Source: Dehalococcoidia bacterium
GTDB taxonomy: Bacteria; Chloroflexota; Dehalococcoidia; UBA2979
Direction of reading: 5' to 3'
NCBI GenBank assembly: GCA_965219085.1
Contig: OZ244720.1
Coordinates: forward strand, 896,001-960,000
DNA: 64,000 nt
The notes beneath the pieces were generated by a model. It ran no database searches and was not told the origin of the DNA. It saw only the letters and a program-made list of their open reading frames with translations. Shown here in pieces: positions 20,522 through 33,808 of this stretch; position 1 is the stretch's first letter, and each line of letters begins with the position of its first letter. The position numbers were made by a program, and so were the translations under genes.

Positions 20522-21778
20522 TTAGCGGGCGTACACCTCCGCGCCCAGCGCCTCCAGGCGCTCCTCGATACGCGGATAGCCGCGGTTGAGGTGCACGATG
20601 TCCCGCACCACCGTCTCGCCCTCGGCCGCCAGACCCGCGATCACTACGGCCGCCGCGGCCCGCACATCGAGCGCGCGCACCGCGCTGCCGATGAGCGGCG
20701 TGCGCCCCTCGATGATGACCGACTGCCCGCCGGTGGTGATGCGCCCGCCCATCGCACGCAACTCGCCGACGTAGAGGAGGCGGTTCTCGAAGACGCGCTC
20801 GTGGATGATCGAGATCCCCTCGGCCTGTGTCAGCGCCGCCGCCATCGGCGCGTGCAGGTCCGTCGGGAAGCCGGGGTACGGCACCGCCTGCAGTTGCACC
20901 GCCCGCAGCGGACCGTCGACGCACGCGCGCACCGACCGCTCGCCGACCTCGACCTTCGCGCCCGCCTCGCGCAGCTTCGTGAGCAGCGAGTCCATGTGGG
21001 TGGGGTTGGCGCCGTCGATCTGCACGTCGCCGCCGGTGGCAAGGCCGGCGAGCAGGAACGTGCCGCCCTCGATGCGATCCGGGATGATACTGAACTCGGC
21101 GCCGTGCAGCGCGTCGACGCCACCGACGGTGATCTGGTTGCTGCCGTGGCCGGTGACGCGTGCACCCATTGCGTTGAGCAGGTCGCCCGCCATCTCGACC
21201 TCGGGCTCGGCGGCGGCGTTCACGATCGTCGTCGTGCCGCGCGCCAGCGTCGCCGCGAACAGCACGTTCACGGTCCCGAGCACGCTCGGGTAGTCGAGGA
21301 ACACCCGCGCGCCCTCCAGCCGCGGGGTGCGCGCGACGAAGTTCTGCCCCTCGCGCTGGACCTCGGCGCCCAGCGCGCGGAAGCCCGCGAGGTGCACGTC
21401 CACCGGGCGCACGCCGATCGCGTCGCCGCCCGGTGAGGGGCACCCCGCCTCGCCGAAGCGCGCGAGCAGCGGCCCCATGACGAGGAACGAGGCGCGCAGC
21501 GCCACGACGTGCTCGGGCTCGGCGACGGTCTGAGTCACCCCGCTCGCGTCGAGCGTGACGTCGGCGCCCTCGATGGTGACCTCCGCGCCAAGGGATTCGA
21601 GGAGCCGGCCCATCTCGCCGATGTCGCGGATCTCGGGCACGTTGTGCAGCCGCACGGGCTCGGCGGTGAGGAGGGCGGCGGCGAGGGCGTAGAGGGCGGC
21701 GTTCTTGGAACCCGAGGCGGGCAGGCGACCGCGCAGGGGCCGTCCGCCGACGATGGCCAACTGCTGCTGCTGGCTCAT
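20522..21778 (-). CDS. murA: UDP-N-acetylglucosamine 1-carboxyvinyltransferase (Asp in place of the active-site Cys)
   Basis: GSKNAAL, LRASFLVMGPLLAR, PGGDAIGVRPVDVH, PDRIEGGT, PYPGFPTD, RGY. Confidence 0.95.
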   Translation of the reverse strand: MSQQQQLAIVGGRPLRGRLPASGSKNAALYALAAALLTAEPVRLHNVPEIRDIGEMGRLLESLGAEVTIEGADVTLDASGVTQTVAEPEHVVALRASFLVMGPLLARFGEAGCPSPGGDAIGVRPVDVHLAGFRALGAEVQREGQNFVARTPRLEGARVFLDYPSVLGTVNVLFAATLARGTTTIVNAAAEPEVEMAGDLLNAMGARVTGHGSNQITVGGVDALHGAEFSIIPDRIEGGTFLLAGLATGGDVQIDGANPTHMDSLLTKLREAGAKVEVGERSVRACVDGPLRAVQLQAVPYPGFPTDLHAPMAAALTQAEGISIIHERVFENRLLYVGELRAMGGRITTGGQSVIIEGRTPLIGSAVRALDVRAAAAVVIAGLAAEGETVVRDIVHLNRGYPRIEERLEALGAEVYAR

Positions 21779-21898
21779 GGCGTCCGTATCACCCGCCGCC
21801 GTACGTCACCGCTGCAAGGGTCGCGTGCAGCGTACTACGGCCGCGATCCCTCGCGTTCCCAGTGTATGCGAAGTGGGGCCCGGCGCGTACGGCGGCTG

Positions 21899-22318
21899 CT
21901 ATAGCCCCCGGTACTTGCGGAGGACGCGGATCCGCGACTGCGCCCGCAACAGCGCGCTGCGTGCGCGCGCCATGTCGAGCGCCTCTTCGAGGGTCACGCT
22001 GGCCTCGATGCGCTCGGTGGCGCGGACGCGCGCGGCCTCCGCGCGCTCCTCGTCGATCTCGTCGAGGCTCTCTGCGGCGTCGGCAAGGACGGTGACCTGA
22101 TCGCGCAGGATCTGGATGAAGCCGCCGTGCACGACCATGGGCTCGCGGTCACCGCCGGCGACCGTGACCAACTCGCCGATGTCGAGGCTGGCCATGAGTG
22201 CGGCGTGGCCGGGCAGCAGCGTGATCTGGCCCTCGGTAGTGGGCACGATCAACCGCTGCACGTCGTCGCGCGCGCTGACCTCGCGCTCGGCCGTGACGAT
22301 CGAGACCTGCAGCGGCAT
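21899..22318 (-). CDS. atpC: ATP synthase epsilon subunit
   Basis: LPGHAALM, VHGGF, VTVLADAAE; operon position. Confidence 0.93.
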   Translation of the reverse strand: MPLQVSIVTAEREVSARDDVQRLIVPTTEGQITLLPGHAALMASLDIGELVTVAGGDREPMVVHGGFIQILRDQVTVLADAAESLDEIDEERAEAARVRATERIEASVTLEEALDMARARSALLRAQSRIRVLRKYRGL

Positions 22319-22324
22319 GCTCGC

Positions 22325-23773
<1,449 letters not shown>

Positions 23774-24685
23774 CTAGCGTTCGACTGCGGCGGTCCCGCC
23801 GACGATGTCGAGCAGCTCGCTGGTGATGAGTTCCTGTCGGGCCTTGTTGTAGGTCAGCGTGAGCGACCCGACCATGTCCTCGGCGGCGTCGGTGGCGGCG
23901 TGCATGGCGACCATGCGAGCCGACTGCTCAGAGGCAGCGGACTCCAGGATGGCGCCGTAAATCTGCATCTCCACGTAGCGCGGCAGCAGCGTCTCCAGCA
24001 GCCCCGCCGGGGACGGCTCGAAGATGAAGTCGACCGAGCCGCCCGCAGCGGCCATGTCGTCGCCCATCTCGTCGTCGTCCTCGGGCGGCTGGATCGGAAG
24101 GATCTGGCGCACGGTCGGTCGCTGGACGGCGGTGTTCACGAAGCGCTGGAAGCCGATGTAGACCTGATCGATCTCCCCGGCGATGTAGTCGTTCACGACG
24201 ATGCGCGAGATCGGCAGCGTCTCCGCCATCGTCGGGTAGTCACCGAGATCGGTGAACTCGGCGAGCTGCGGGAAGCCCGCCCGGCGGAAGAAGTCGCGCC
24301 CCTTGCGCCCCACCGAGATCACCGAGACCTGGTCGACGTCCGGCTGGTGCTCGAGGGCGAGCGCGGCGCCGGCGCGGTTCATGTTGGAGTTGAGCCCGCC
24401 GGCGAGACCGCGGTTCGCCGTGATGTGGATGAACGCGAAGTGGCTCACGGGCCGCTGCTCCAGCAGCGGGTGCGAATCGTCGCCGCCGCTCGTGTCGCTC
24501 GACTCCGCGAGCCGCATCAGCACGGCGCGCATCTGCTCGGCGTAGGGGCGCGCGGAGAGCGCACGGTCCTGCGCGCGCCGCATCTTCGACGCGGCGACGA
24601 GCTCCATGGCCTTGGTGACCTTGGCCGTGTTCTCGACCGAGTGCATGCGGTCGCGGATGGCACGGACCTGGCCGGCGCCTGGCAT
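23774..24685 (-). CDS. atpG: ATP synthase gamma subunit
   Basis: TKAMELVAASK, SEQSARMVAM, YNKARQELIT. Confidence 0.97.
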   Translation of the reverse strand: MPGAGQVRAIRDRMHSVENTAKVTKAMELVAASKMRRAQDRALSARPYAEQMRAVLMRLAESSDTSGGDDSHPLLEQRPVSHFAFIHITANRGLAGGLNSNMNRAGAALALEHQPDVDQVSVISVGRKGRDFFRRAGFPQLAEFTDLGDYPTMAETLPISRIVVNDYIAGEIDQVYIGFQRFVNTAVQRPTVRQILPIQPPEDDDEMGDDMAAAGGSVDFIFEPSPAGLLETLLPRYVEMQIYGAILESAASEQSARMVAMHAATDAAEDMVGSLTLTYNKARQELITSELLDIVGGTAAVER

Positions 24686-24739
24686 CTAGTGCTGCTCCTC
24701 TGCCGTTTCTTCCGTCGTTCGTTTCCCTGGACGCGGCCG

Positions 24740-26248
<1,509 letters not shown>

Positions 26249-26299
26249 TGTTACCCCGTCGTCTTCCGGCGCCTCAGCTCACTTGAAGTCTGGGCGCTG

Positions 26300-26848
26300 C
26301 TAGAGGGTTCCCTGCTCGAGGCGCTGACGCAGTCCGCGCAACGCTGTGCGCGTCGACCCGTCGATCAGGCGGTCGCCGATGCGAATCACGGCCCCGCCGA
26401 TGAGCTCCGGGTCGACCTCGGTTTCGACTTCCACGGTGCGGCCCGTGCGCCGCGCCAACTCCTCGGCGAAGCGCCCGCGGCGCTCGTCGTCGATCTCGAC
26501 GGCGGTGCGCACCAGCGCCCGCGCGACCCCGCGACGCTCATCGAGCAACTCGCGGTAGTACGACGCGATCGAGGGGCCGAGGGCGAGGCGCTTCTTGCGC
26601 CGCAGCAACCGCAACAGGTTGAGCTGCGTCTCCCCGATGTCCGGGAGGACGCGGCGCACGATGTCCTGGAAGGCCTCGTCCGTCATGCCGTCGCCCTGTA
26701 GCGCGGTCACGTAGGCACCCTCGCTGGTCAGGGCCTCGAGGCCCTCGACGGCTTCGGTCCACGCGTCTGCCGTGGACTCGTCCTCGTCGAGGAAGGCCAT
26801 GATCGCGAGTGCGTAGCGGCGGCCGGCTACGTCGCGCGCTTCGGCCAT
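26300..26848 (-). CDS. atpH: ATP synthase delta subunit
   Basis: RRYALA...VDPELIGGAVIRIGDRLIDGS. Confidence 0.93.
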   Translation of the reverse strand: MAEARDVAGRRYALAIMAFLDEDESTADAWTEAVEGLEALTSEGAYVTALQGDGMTDEAFQDIVRRVLPDIGETQLNLLRLLRRKKRLALGPSIASYYRELLDERRGVARALVRTAVEIDDERRGRFAEELARRTGRTVEVETEVDPELIGGAVIRIGDRLIDGSTRTALRGLRQRLEQGTL

Positions 26849-26866
26849 CGCCGCTCTCCGCCCGGC

Positions 26867-27499
26867 CTAGTTCTGGTCGCCGACGCCACCCTCGACCAGT
26901 ACCTCATCGATGAGGCGCTGGTGGGCGGCGCGGTCGAGCGACTGCCGGGTGACGCGCTCGGCGGCGGTGATGGTGAGGTCGGCGAACTCGCGGCGCAGGA
27001 GCTCGATCGCCTGATCGCGTTCGACCTGCACCTCTTCGCGGGCGCGGGTCACGATCTGCTCGGCGTCGGCACGGGCGCGGTCCTCGAGCTCCGCGCGCAG
27101 TTGCGCGGCGCCTTCCTGCGCCTGGGCGACGAATTCGCGTGCCTGCTGCTGCGCCTCCTCGATGGCCTGGCGCGCCTCGGCCTCACTGGCCGATGCGGAC
27201 GAGGCCGCCTGCTCGGCCCGTTCGAGGCCTTCCTGGATGCGCGCCTTGCGCTCATCCAGGAGCCGCAGGACGGGCTTGTACAGGAAGAGCCGCAACACGA
27301 TCAGCAGGATCGTGAAGTTGATCAGGTTCGACACCAGCGAGGGCAGGCTGAAGCCGAGGGCGGCAATGCCCCCGGTCTCCTCCGCCGCGCTGGCCAGGGC
27401 CGGCGACGCCGCGAGCAGCGCACCGCCCATGGCGGCCGCCGCCCGCGCTCCCGGCCGCGGCGCGAAGCGCAGCCCTCGCGGGCGTAGTCGATCGATCAT
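26867..27499 (-). CDS. atpF: ATP synthase b subunit with a signal-peptide-like N-terminal extension
   Basis: LINFTILLIVLRLFLYKPVLRLLDERKARI followed by coiled coil. Confidence 0.92.
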   Translation of the reverse strand: MIDRLRPRGLRFAPRPGARAAAAMGGALLAASPALASAAEETGGIAALGFSLPSLVSNLINFTILLIVLRLFLYKPVLRLLDERKARIQEGLERAEQAASSASASEAEARQAIEEAQQQAREFVAQAQEGAAQLRAELEDRARADAEQIVTRAREEVQVERDQAIELLRREFADLTITAAERVTRQSLDRAAHQRLIDEVLVEGGVGDQN

Positions 27500-27528
27500 C
27501 GTGACGCCTCGCTTGCTGTTGCCGCGTC

Positions 27529-27930
<402 letters not shown>

Positions 27931-28923
27931 TTATTCGTGCGCTGCTTCATGCTCCTCGTGCTCGTCGTGGGAGGTCACCGCGGACATCGCGAACACGAGC
28001 GTCAGCATCGCGAACACGAACGCCTGGATCAGCCCCACCAACAACTCGAGGCCATAGAACACGTTGATCAGCACCAGCGGCACCAGGAAGCTCATCATCA
28101 GCAACAGCACTTCGCCAGCGAAGACGTTGCCGAACAGCCGGAAGGTGAACGACACCATCCGGCCGAGCTCCGAGATCAGCTCCAGCAGCCCCACGAAGAC
28201 ATCGATGATGCCCATCGGTCGCAGCCTCGCCAGGTTGCCGAAGGCGAAGAATTTCTTGAGGTAGCCCACTCCCAGCGTGCTGAGCCCCCAGTACTCCACG
28301 AAAATGAAGGACATGATCGCCAGCGCGAGCGGCGCGTTCATGTCCGTCATCACGGACCGGAAGAGCGGCGCCAGCAGCCCGCTGAACGGGTCTCCGGCGT
28401 GCTCTGCTACAACTGCCTCTTGCTCTCTCGTGTCGATGGTCGTGGCCTGGAGCGGGATGTACGCGTAGTCGACGCCGGCGAACGAGCCCTGCTTGAACTC
28501 GGCCTGCACCTCGCCGTGACCGGGCTCGGTGACGCCCACCGCGAAGTTGATCGGCAGCAGGCCCATGTAGTTGGAGACGAGTACGTAGAAGAAGATGGTG
28601 GCGACGACCGGGAAGAAGCGGCGCGCGTTCGCCTCGCCGACGATCCCCTCGGTCATCGTGTAGAAGCCGCCCACGAACGCCTCGACGGCTCCGCTGATCC
28701 CGCTCGGCACGAGCGACATCGATCGGCTGGCCAGCACGGCCACCACGATCATCAGCGCGACCACGACCCACGACGTGAACATCGTGTTCGTGACCGCGAG
28801 CGGGCCGATGTCGAAGACGTGCTCGGGGGCGACGATGATAGCGGGAGTCGGCGGCTTGATGAATATGAAGCCACCGACGATGAGGACGACGATCCCGGCC
28901 ACGACGAGCCAGCGCACCGGCAA
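27931..28923 (-). CDS. atpB: ATP synthase a subunit
   Basis: SFTFRLFGNVFAGE, LIQAFVFAML. Confidence 0.95.
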   Translation of the reverse strand: MPVRWLVVAGIVVLIVGGFIFIKPPTPAIIVAPEHVFDIGPLAVTNTMFTSWVVVALMIVVAVLASRSMSLVPSGISGAVEAFVGGFYTMTEGIVGEANARRFFPVVATIFFYVLVSNYMGLLPINFAVGVTEPGHGEVQAEFKQGSFAGVDYAYIPLQATTIDTREQEAVVAEHAGDPFSGLLAPLFRSVMTDMNAPLALAIMSFIFVEYWGLSTLGVGYLKKFFAFGNLARLRPMGIIDVFVGLLELISELGRMVSFTFRLFGNVFAGEVLLLMMSFLVPLVLINVFYGLELLVGLIQAFVFAMLTLVFAMSAVTSHDEHEEHEAAHE

Positions 28924-28931
28924 CTCCCCGC

Positions 28932-29150
28932 TTATTGCTTGTCGGCCTGGCGGAGCACCCAGCTCAGCTGCCGATACGCGCCTGTGAAGCCCACCAGCAG
29001 CCCCAGTACCAGGAATGCCAGCGTGAGCACCGGATCAGTATCGAACCGGCGGTCCAACAGGTTCCCGATGAAGGTCAGTCCCACGATCGACGTGGCCAGA
29101 TAAAAGCCGATGCCGATCAGACCGACGGCCGGTGATCTCCAGACCCCCAC
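28932..29150 (-). CDS. AtpZ/AtpI-family protein
   Basis: GNLLDRRFDTDP flanked by two TM helices; first gene of the atp operon. Confidence 0.85.
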   Translation of the reverse strand: MGVWRSPAVGLIGIGFYLATSIVGLTFIGNLLDRRFDTDPVLTLAFLVLGLLVGFTGAYRQLSWVLRQADKQ

Positions 29151-29243
29151 GCCCTGGTTCCCTCCGGGGTAGAGGCCGCCGGGAGCCTAGCACGGGCCGA
29201 TCCCGCGATCAACGCGGGGAACCCGGCATGCAGCGCGGCGGCC

Positions 29244-29786
29244 TCAGCCCTCCTTCGGGTCGTCGTCGTCGCCGAGATTGTCGAGGTCGAGTTCGTCGAT
29301 GAAGTCGCTGAACGCGGAGAGCTTCTCAAGCTCCTCGGGCGTCACACTCGCCGGCCCATTGTCCGCCTCGACGCGCTCGCCCTCCTCGTTGAGCAGCACG
29401 CCGGCGCGGTCGAGCACGGACTCGTTCGCGTAGATGGGGACGCCCGCGCGCACGGCGAGAGCGATCGCGTCCGAGGGGCGCGAGTCCACCTCGAGCGTCT
29501 GCCCGTTGTGCTCGACGTTGATCTTGGCGAAGAAGGTGTCGTTCTCGAGATCGTTGACGATGACGAACTTCACGGTCGCGCCGAACTGGCCGATCACGTT
29601 GTGGAGCAGGTCGTGCGTGAGCGGGCGGGCGACGGTCTGTTCCTGGAGCCGCACGGCGATGGCGTCGGCCTCGGCAGGGCCGATCCAGATCGGGAGGTAG
29701 CGATCGGATCCCTGCTCGCGCAGGATGACGACCCGCTGGTAGTTGCGGAGACTTACCCGGATCGACTCGATCGTCATCTCGATCAT
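29244..29786 (-). CDS. Bifunctional nuclease family protein (DUF151)
   Basis: LPIWIGPAEA, RPLTHDL, DSRPSDAIALA. Confidence 0.92.
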   Translation of the reverse strand: MIEMTIESIRVSLRNYQRVVILREQGSDRYLPIWIGPAEADAIAVRLQEQTVARPLTHDLLHNVIGQFGATVKFVIVNDLENDTFFAKINVEHNGQTLEVDSRPSDAIALAVRAGVPIYANESVLDRAGVLLNEEGERVEADNGPASVTPEELEKLSAFSDFIDELDLDNLGDDDDPKEG

Positions 29787-29898
29787 GACGGGGCTCCGCC
29801 TTGGCTCCCGGATCGAAATCGAGTGTAGGTTCGCCGCTCCGAGGGCGTCAACGAACGTCACGTCACGCGACCACCGCGACGACGCGATCGACTTCGCT

Positions 29899-30132
29899 CT
29901 ACTCCTGAGCTTCCAACGCCCGCTCGATGGCTGGGTCGAGCGGCGGGCCGCGCTCGATCACGCGATCGGCGCGGCGGCGCAGCGTGGCGCGGTCGAGCAT
30001 CACGCGACGGTTGCACGTACGGCAGCGCAGGCCGATGTCGGCGCCGGTGCGCACCACATCCCACTCGAAGCCGCCGCAGGGATGCTTGCGTCGCAGCCGC
30101 AGCACGTCGCCCATGCGGATGTCGAGGACCAT
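29899..30132 (-). CDS. DUF951-family small Zn-ribbon-like protein
   Basis: [39 protein letters not shown]. Confidence 0.88.
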   Translation of the reverse strand: MVLDIRMGDVLRLRRKHPCGGFEWDVVRTGADIGLRCRTCNRRVMLDRATLRRRADRVIERGPPLDPAIERALEAQE

Positions 30133-30134
30133 GC

Positions 30135-30950
30135 TCAGCCTCGCCGGGCGGCGTTGATCGCGTCGCGCAGCCGCGCGGCCTCGGCGCGCGCGGCGGAGGC
30201 GTAGTCCCCGCCCGTGCCGGCGTAGAGCACGCCGCGCGATGCGTTGACGAGGATGCCGCCGCTCTCGGCGTCCACCGCCGCCTGCACTGCCGCCTCCAGG
30301 TCGCCGGCCTGTGCGCCCACGCCCGGCATCAGCAGCAGCATATCGGGGCAGAGCGCGCGCACCTCGCGCGCCTCGCCCGGGTAGGTCGCCCCCACGACGA
30401 GCCCGACGTTTCCGTGCTCGTTCCACGCGCTCGCCGTCGCCGCGACCTGCAGGTAGAGCGGCCGCCCGCCCTCGCCCACCGGCAGGTCCTGGAAGTCGCC
30501 CGCTCCCGCGTTCGAGGTGCGGCACAGCACGAAGCTGTGCCGGTCCTCGTACGCGAGGAAAGGCTCGACGGCGTCGCGGCCGAGGTACGGGCTGACCGTG
30601 ACGCCGTGCGCTCCGAGTTGCTCGAAGACGGCGCGGGCGTAGTGCTCGCTGCTGTGCCCAACATCGCCGCGCTTTGCGTCCAGGAGCACCGGCACGTCGT
30701 CCGGGATCGCGGCGATGAGCGCCCACAACTCCTCGACGCCGTCGGGGCCGCGCGATTCGAAGAACGCCGCGTTGGGCTTGAAGCAGCAGACGAGGTCCGC
30801 CGTCGCCTCGACGATCGCTTCGAGGAAGGCCAGCGTGCCGACGCCGTCCGGGATGCGCCCCGGGTCAGGGTCGAGCCCGACGCACAGCAGCGAGTCGTTC
30901 GCCGCTGCGGCCGCCTCGTAGCGTTCACGGAACGTCGGGCCTGGCGTCAT
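30135..30950 (-). CDS. pyrF: Orotidine-5'-phosphate decarboxylase
   Basis: [42 protein letters not shown]. Confidence 0.95.
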   Translation of the reverse strand: MTPGPTFRERYEAAAAANDSLLCVGLDPDPGRIPDGVGTLAFLEAIVEATADLVCCFKPNAAFFESRGPDGVEELWALIAAIPDDVPVLLDAKRGDVGHSSEHYARAVFEQLGAHGVTVSPYLGRDAVEPFLAYEDRHSFVLCRTSNAGAGDFQDLPVGEGGRPLYLQVAATASAWNEHGNVGLVVGATYPGEAREVRALCPDMLLLMPGVGAQAGDLEAAVQAAVDAESGGILVNASRGVLYAGTGGDYASAARAEAARLRDAINAARRG

Positions 30951-31774
30951 GCGGGAACCTCCTGGGCGACCTCGAGCAGCGGCAGGTCCGCGCCAGCCGC
31001 GCGCAGCCGCGTGAGGGTCGCCTCGAACGCCGCCGCGCCGCCGGTGGCCGTGCACTGCGCGGCGACCGGCTCGCCCTCGGGAATCGCGACGTTGTGGGCT
31101 TCGAGTTGCTGGCGCACGCGCCGCGCGACCGGCTCGGCGGTGTCGATGATCTCGACGCCCGGGCCGAGCATCGCGGCGAGCGCGGGGTGCAGGAACGCGT
31201 AGTGGGTGCAGCCCAGCGCGACCTCGTCGACGTCGTGCTCCCGCAGCTCCGCCACGGCGGCGCTCAGGATGCCCTCGACGCGCGCCCCGGCGATCTCGCC
31301 CGCTTCGACGAGGTCGGCGAGACCGGGCATGGGCACCGTGAGCACCTCGCGGCCCGCGGCGAAGCTCGCGTGCAGCCGCGCGAGGCGCTCGCCCCCGGCG
31401 GTGCTCGCCGTCGCCAGCACGGCGACGCGCCCGCTGCGCGTGCGCTCGACGGCGGGCTTGAGCGGCGGCTCCATGCCGACGATGGGCGCCCCGAATCGCT
31501 CGCGCAGCAGCTCGAGCGCGGCCGAGGAGGCGGTGTTGCACGCGATGACGAGCAGCGCGCAGCCCTCGCCGATGAGTCGCGCGCCAAGGTCCAGGGTGCG
31601 TCCGGCCACCTCGTCGGGTGGGCGGTCGCCGTAGGGGAAGCGGGCGGTGTCGGCGATGTAGCGGATGGGGAGCGCGGGCATGGCGCGCTGCATGGCGGCG
31701 ACGACGCTGAGGCCGCCGACGCCGGAGTCGAGCACCCCGACGGTGGTCACAGCGGAGGCTTCGGTAGCACGCAT
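30947..31774 (-). CDS. murI: Glutamate racemase
   Basis: DSGVGGLSV, FPYG, ACNTAS, LGCTHY. Confidence 0.95.
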   Translation of the reverse strand: MRATEASAVTTVGVLDSGVGGLSVVAAMQRAMPALPIRYIADTARFPYGDRPPDEVAGRTLDLGARLIGEGCALLVIACNTASSAALELLRERFGAPIVGMEPPLKPAVERTRSGRVAVLATASTAGGERLARLHASFAAGREVLTVPMPGLADLVEAGEIAGARVEGILSAAVAELREHDVDEVALGCTHYAFLHPALAAMLGPGVEIIDTAEPVARRVRQQLEAHNVAIPEGEPVAAQCTATGGAAAFEATLTRLRAAGADLPLLEVAQEVPA

Positions 31775-31859
31775 CAGGCTCCGGCCCGCCACGCGTCGAG
31801 GGTAGGGGCGAGGGGGGTGAGCGGGCAAGCAGGGCGTCGGCCGCGCACCCTCTGGACGG

Positions 31860-32165
31860 TCAGGCGGGCTGGTGCCGCTCGACGTGGATATCGCTCTCGC
31901 GTGCGCGCATCCGCGCGGCGTCGTGCCAGGCCTGCATCCGGAGCAGCATGTCCATGTCGACGGCGAACGCCTTCTCAATGCGCAGCGCCATCTCGGGTGA
32001 CAGTGCAGCGTTGCCGTTGAGCAGCGTCGAGAGTGTCGCGCGGCGCACGCCCAGCACCTCGGCCGCCTTCGTCACGGTCAGACCGAGCTCCTTGATGACC
32101 TCGCTGCGGATGAAGTCGCCGGGGTGGGCGGGTGTCATGCGCACATCGATGCCACCGTCAGCCAT
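31860..32165 (-). CDS. higA: HigA-family antitoxin
   Basis: PAHPGDFIR...LTVTKAAEVLGVRRATLSTLLNGNAALSPEMALRIEKAF. Confidence 0.9.
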   Translation of the reverse strand: MADGGIDVRMTPAHPGDFIRSEVIKELGLTVTKAAEVLGVRRATLSTLLNGNAALSPEMALRIEKAFAVDMDMLLRMQAWHDAARMRARESDIHVERHQPA

Positions 32166-32218
32166 CAGTGGTAGTCCTCCAGATTGAGGCGGTCGATGTA
32201 GCCGTCTGCGTGTCGCAC
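32165..32218 (-). pseudogene. HigB toxin remnant (17 codons)
   Basis: MRHADGYIDRLNLEDYH*; LEDYH is the usual HigB C-terminus and its TGA overlaps the higA ATG (TGATG). Confidence 0.7.
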
Positions 32219-32221
32219 TAC

Positions 32222-32240
32222 CGTACGGTGTGACCGTACG
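32222..32240. promoter_or_regulatory. Palindromic operator of the higBA module
   Basis: CGTACGGT-GTG-ACCGTACG directly upstream of the toxin remnant. Confidence 0.55.
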
Positions 32241-32283
32241 CGGCGCACGACGGGAGACCCTGCTTCTGCTTGAGCGCTGGTCG

Positions 32284-33798
32284 CTACAACTCCTCCGGCA
32301 GCGGATGCGCCTGCTCCCACTCATCCAGCCGCCGCTCGAGGTCGTCGAGGGAGCCGTCGTCGGGCTCGTGGCGGCCGTATCGCGTGCGGTCGAAGCTGTC
32401 GGCGATGTCCGGGAACGGCGGCGCTTGCAGGCGTCGACCCGCGTCGGCGCCGAACTCGATCGGCGTCTGCCCGGCGAAGCGGTCCACGCCACGCACGCGG
32501 GCGTCGTCCAGTGTGCGCGCGAAGAGCTGGTAGGCGCGGCTCTGCGACAGCCAGTCCCACGACTCCTCACGGCTGCGTGGCCTCGGCACGATGCGACCAA
32601 AGAGCGAGGCGAGGTTGCCGCTCTGCGAGCTGCCGCGCACCTCGGTGTACGTCTCCTCCGTGCCACGCCGACCGCGCCGGAACAGCAGCAGCCCGACGCG
32701 ATACAGGACGACGAGGATGACCGCCACCGCGACGCCGCGGATGGCGTCCGGCAGCCAGCTCGGGAACTCGATAACGCCGTCGCGCACTTCCTCGTCCTCG
32801 GCGGATGAGGGCTCGCTGAGGTCGATCCCCGCCTGTTGGAACTCGATCTCGCCGATGAGCGCGCCGAGGACCCACTCCACGGCCCATGCGATCGGCGTGA
32901 GCACGATGACCAGCACCCACGTGACCAGCCACGCTGCCGCTCGCCCGATCGGGTCGAACGCGCGTTGCGCGTCAACGAGCATCAGCAGCCCGAACAGCAG
33001 CGCGATCGCCGCCAGCATCCCCACCGTGCCGACGACTGAGATGGCCCACGGCGCGTCGCGCTGCACGGCCGTGTCGTCCTCGGGCGCGCGTGCGGCGTGC
33101 GCCGTTGCGAGCGCCAGCGAGGCGATCACGAAGTAGGGCAGCACGAGCGCGCCCGCCACGTCGGCGCCGGCGGCATGCCCGAACAGCGTCGCCAGGACGA
33201 CGACCGCGAAGCCGACGCCGAAGCTGCGCAGCACGCGCTCGAACGTGACCGGGCCGCGCCCGGCGAAGAGGAAACGGAACCACAGCACCGTCAGCCCAAC
33301 GACCGTCACGGTGCGCGACACCCCGCGCAGCGGGTCGACGTCGGGATCCGCGACGAACTCGACGACGCCGACCTCGCCGACGATGCCAGCGAGGATGCCG
33401 CCCTCCCACGGTGCGCCCTCGGCGAGCGAGACCTGGATGCCCACCGTCACCAGGATGATCGAGCCGCTCACCCCCGCCGCCGCGCGCGCCGCGGCCGGCA
33501 GGTCCGACATCGCCAGCACCCGCATCAGCCCGAACGCGGCGAACGCGAGCCCGATCACGACGACGAGCGGCGCTCCGCCCACGGCCGCGTCGGCCGCGAT
33601 CTCCGCCATCGCGCGCGCGTCCTGCGCGCGGTCCGGCTGCAGGAAGTCTCCCGCGCGGATGCCGCGCCCGATGTCTTCGGACAGATCGGCGAAGCGGTTG
33701 CGCTCGACGCTGCTCGCGAACGTGCGCAGCACGATGAACCACAGCAGCGCCTCGGCGAGCAGGTACAGCCCGGTCGCGAGCGGCCGCCGCCAACTCAC
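32284..33798 (-). CDS. DUF4129-type multi-pass membrane protein
   Basis: Many TM helices; C-terminal GVDRFAGQTPIEF...FDRTRYG; third gene of a MoxR operon. Confidence 0.75.
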   Translation of the reverse strand: MSWRRPLATGLYLLAEALLWFIVLRTFASSVERNRFADLSEDIGRGIRAGDFLQPDRAQDARAMAEIAADAAVGGAPLVVVIGLAFAAFGLMRVLAMSDLPAAARAAAGVSGSIILVTVGIQVSLAEGAPWEGGILAGIVGEVGVVEFVADPDVDPLRGVSRTVTVVGLTVLWFRFLFAGRGPVTFERVLRSFGVGFAVVVLATLFGHAAGADVAGALVLPYFVIASLALATAHAARAPEDDTAVQRDAPWAISVVGTVGMLAAIALLFGLLMLVDAQRAFDPIGRAAAWLVTWVLVIVLTPIAWAVEWVLGALIGEIEFQQAGIDLSEPSSAEDEEVRDGVIEFPSWLPDAIRGVAVAVILVVLYRVGLLLFRRGRRGTEETYTEVRGSSQSGNLASLFGRIVPRPRSREESWDWLSQSRAYQLFARTLDDARVRGVDRFAGQTPIEFGADAGRRLQAPPFPDIADSFDRTRYGRHEPDDGSLDDLERRLDEWEQAHPLPEEL

Positions 33799-33808
33799 CG
33801 CGCGGCCC

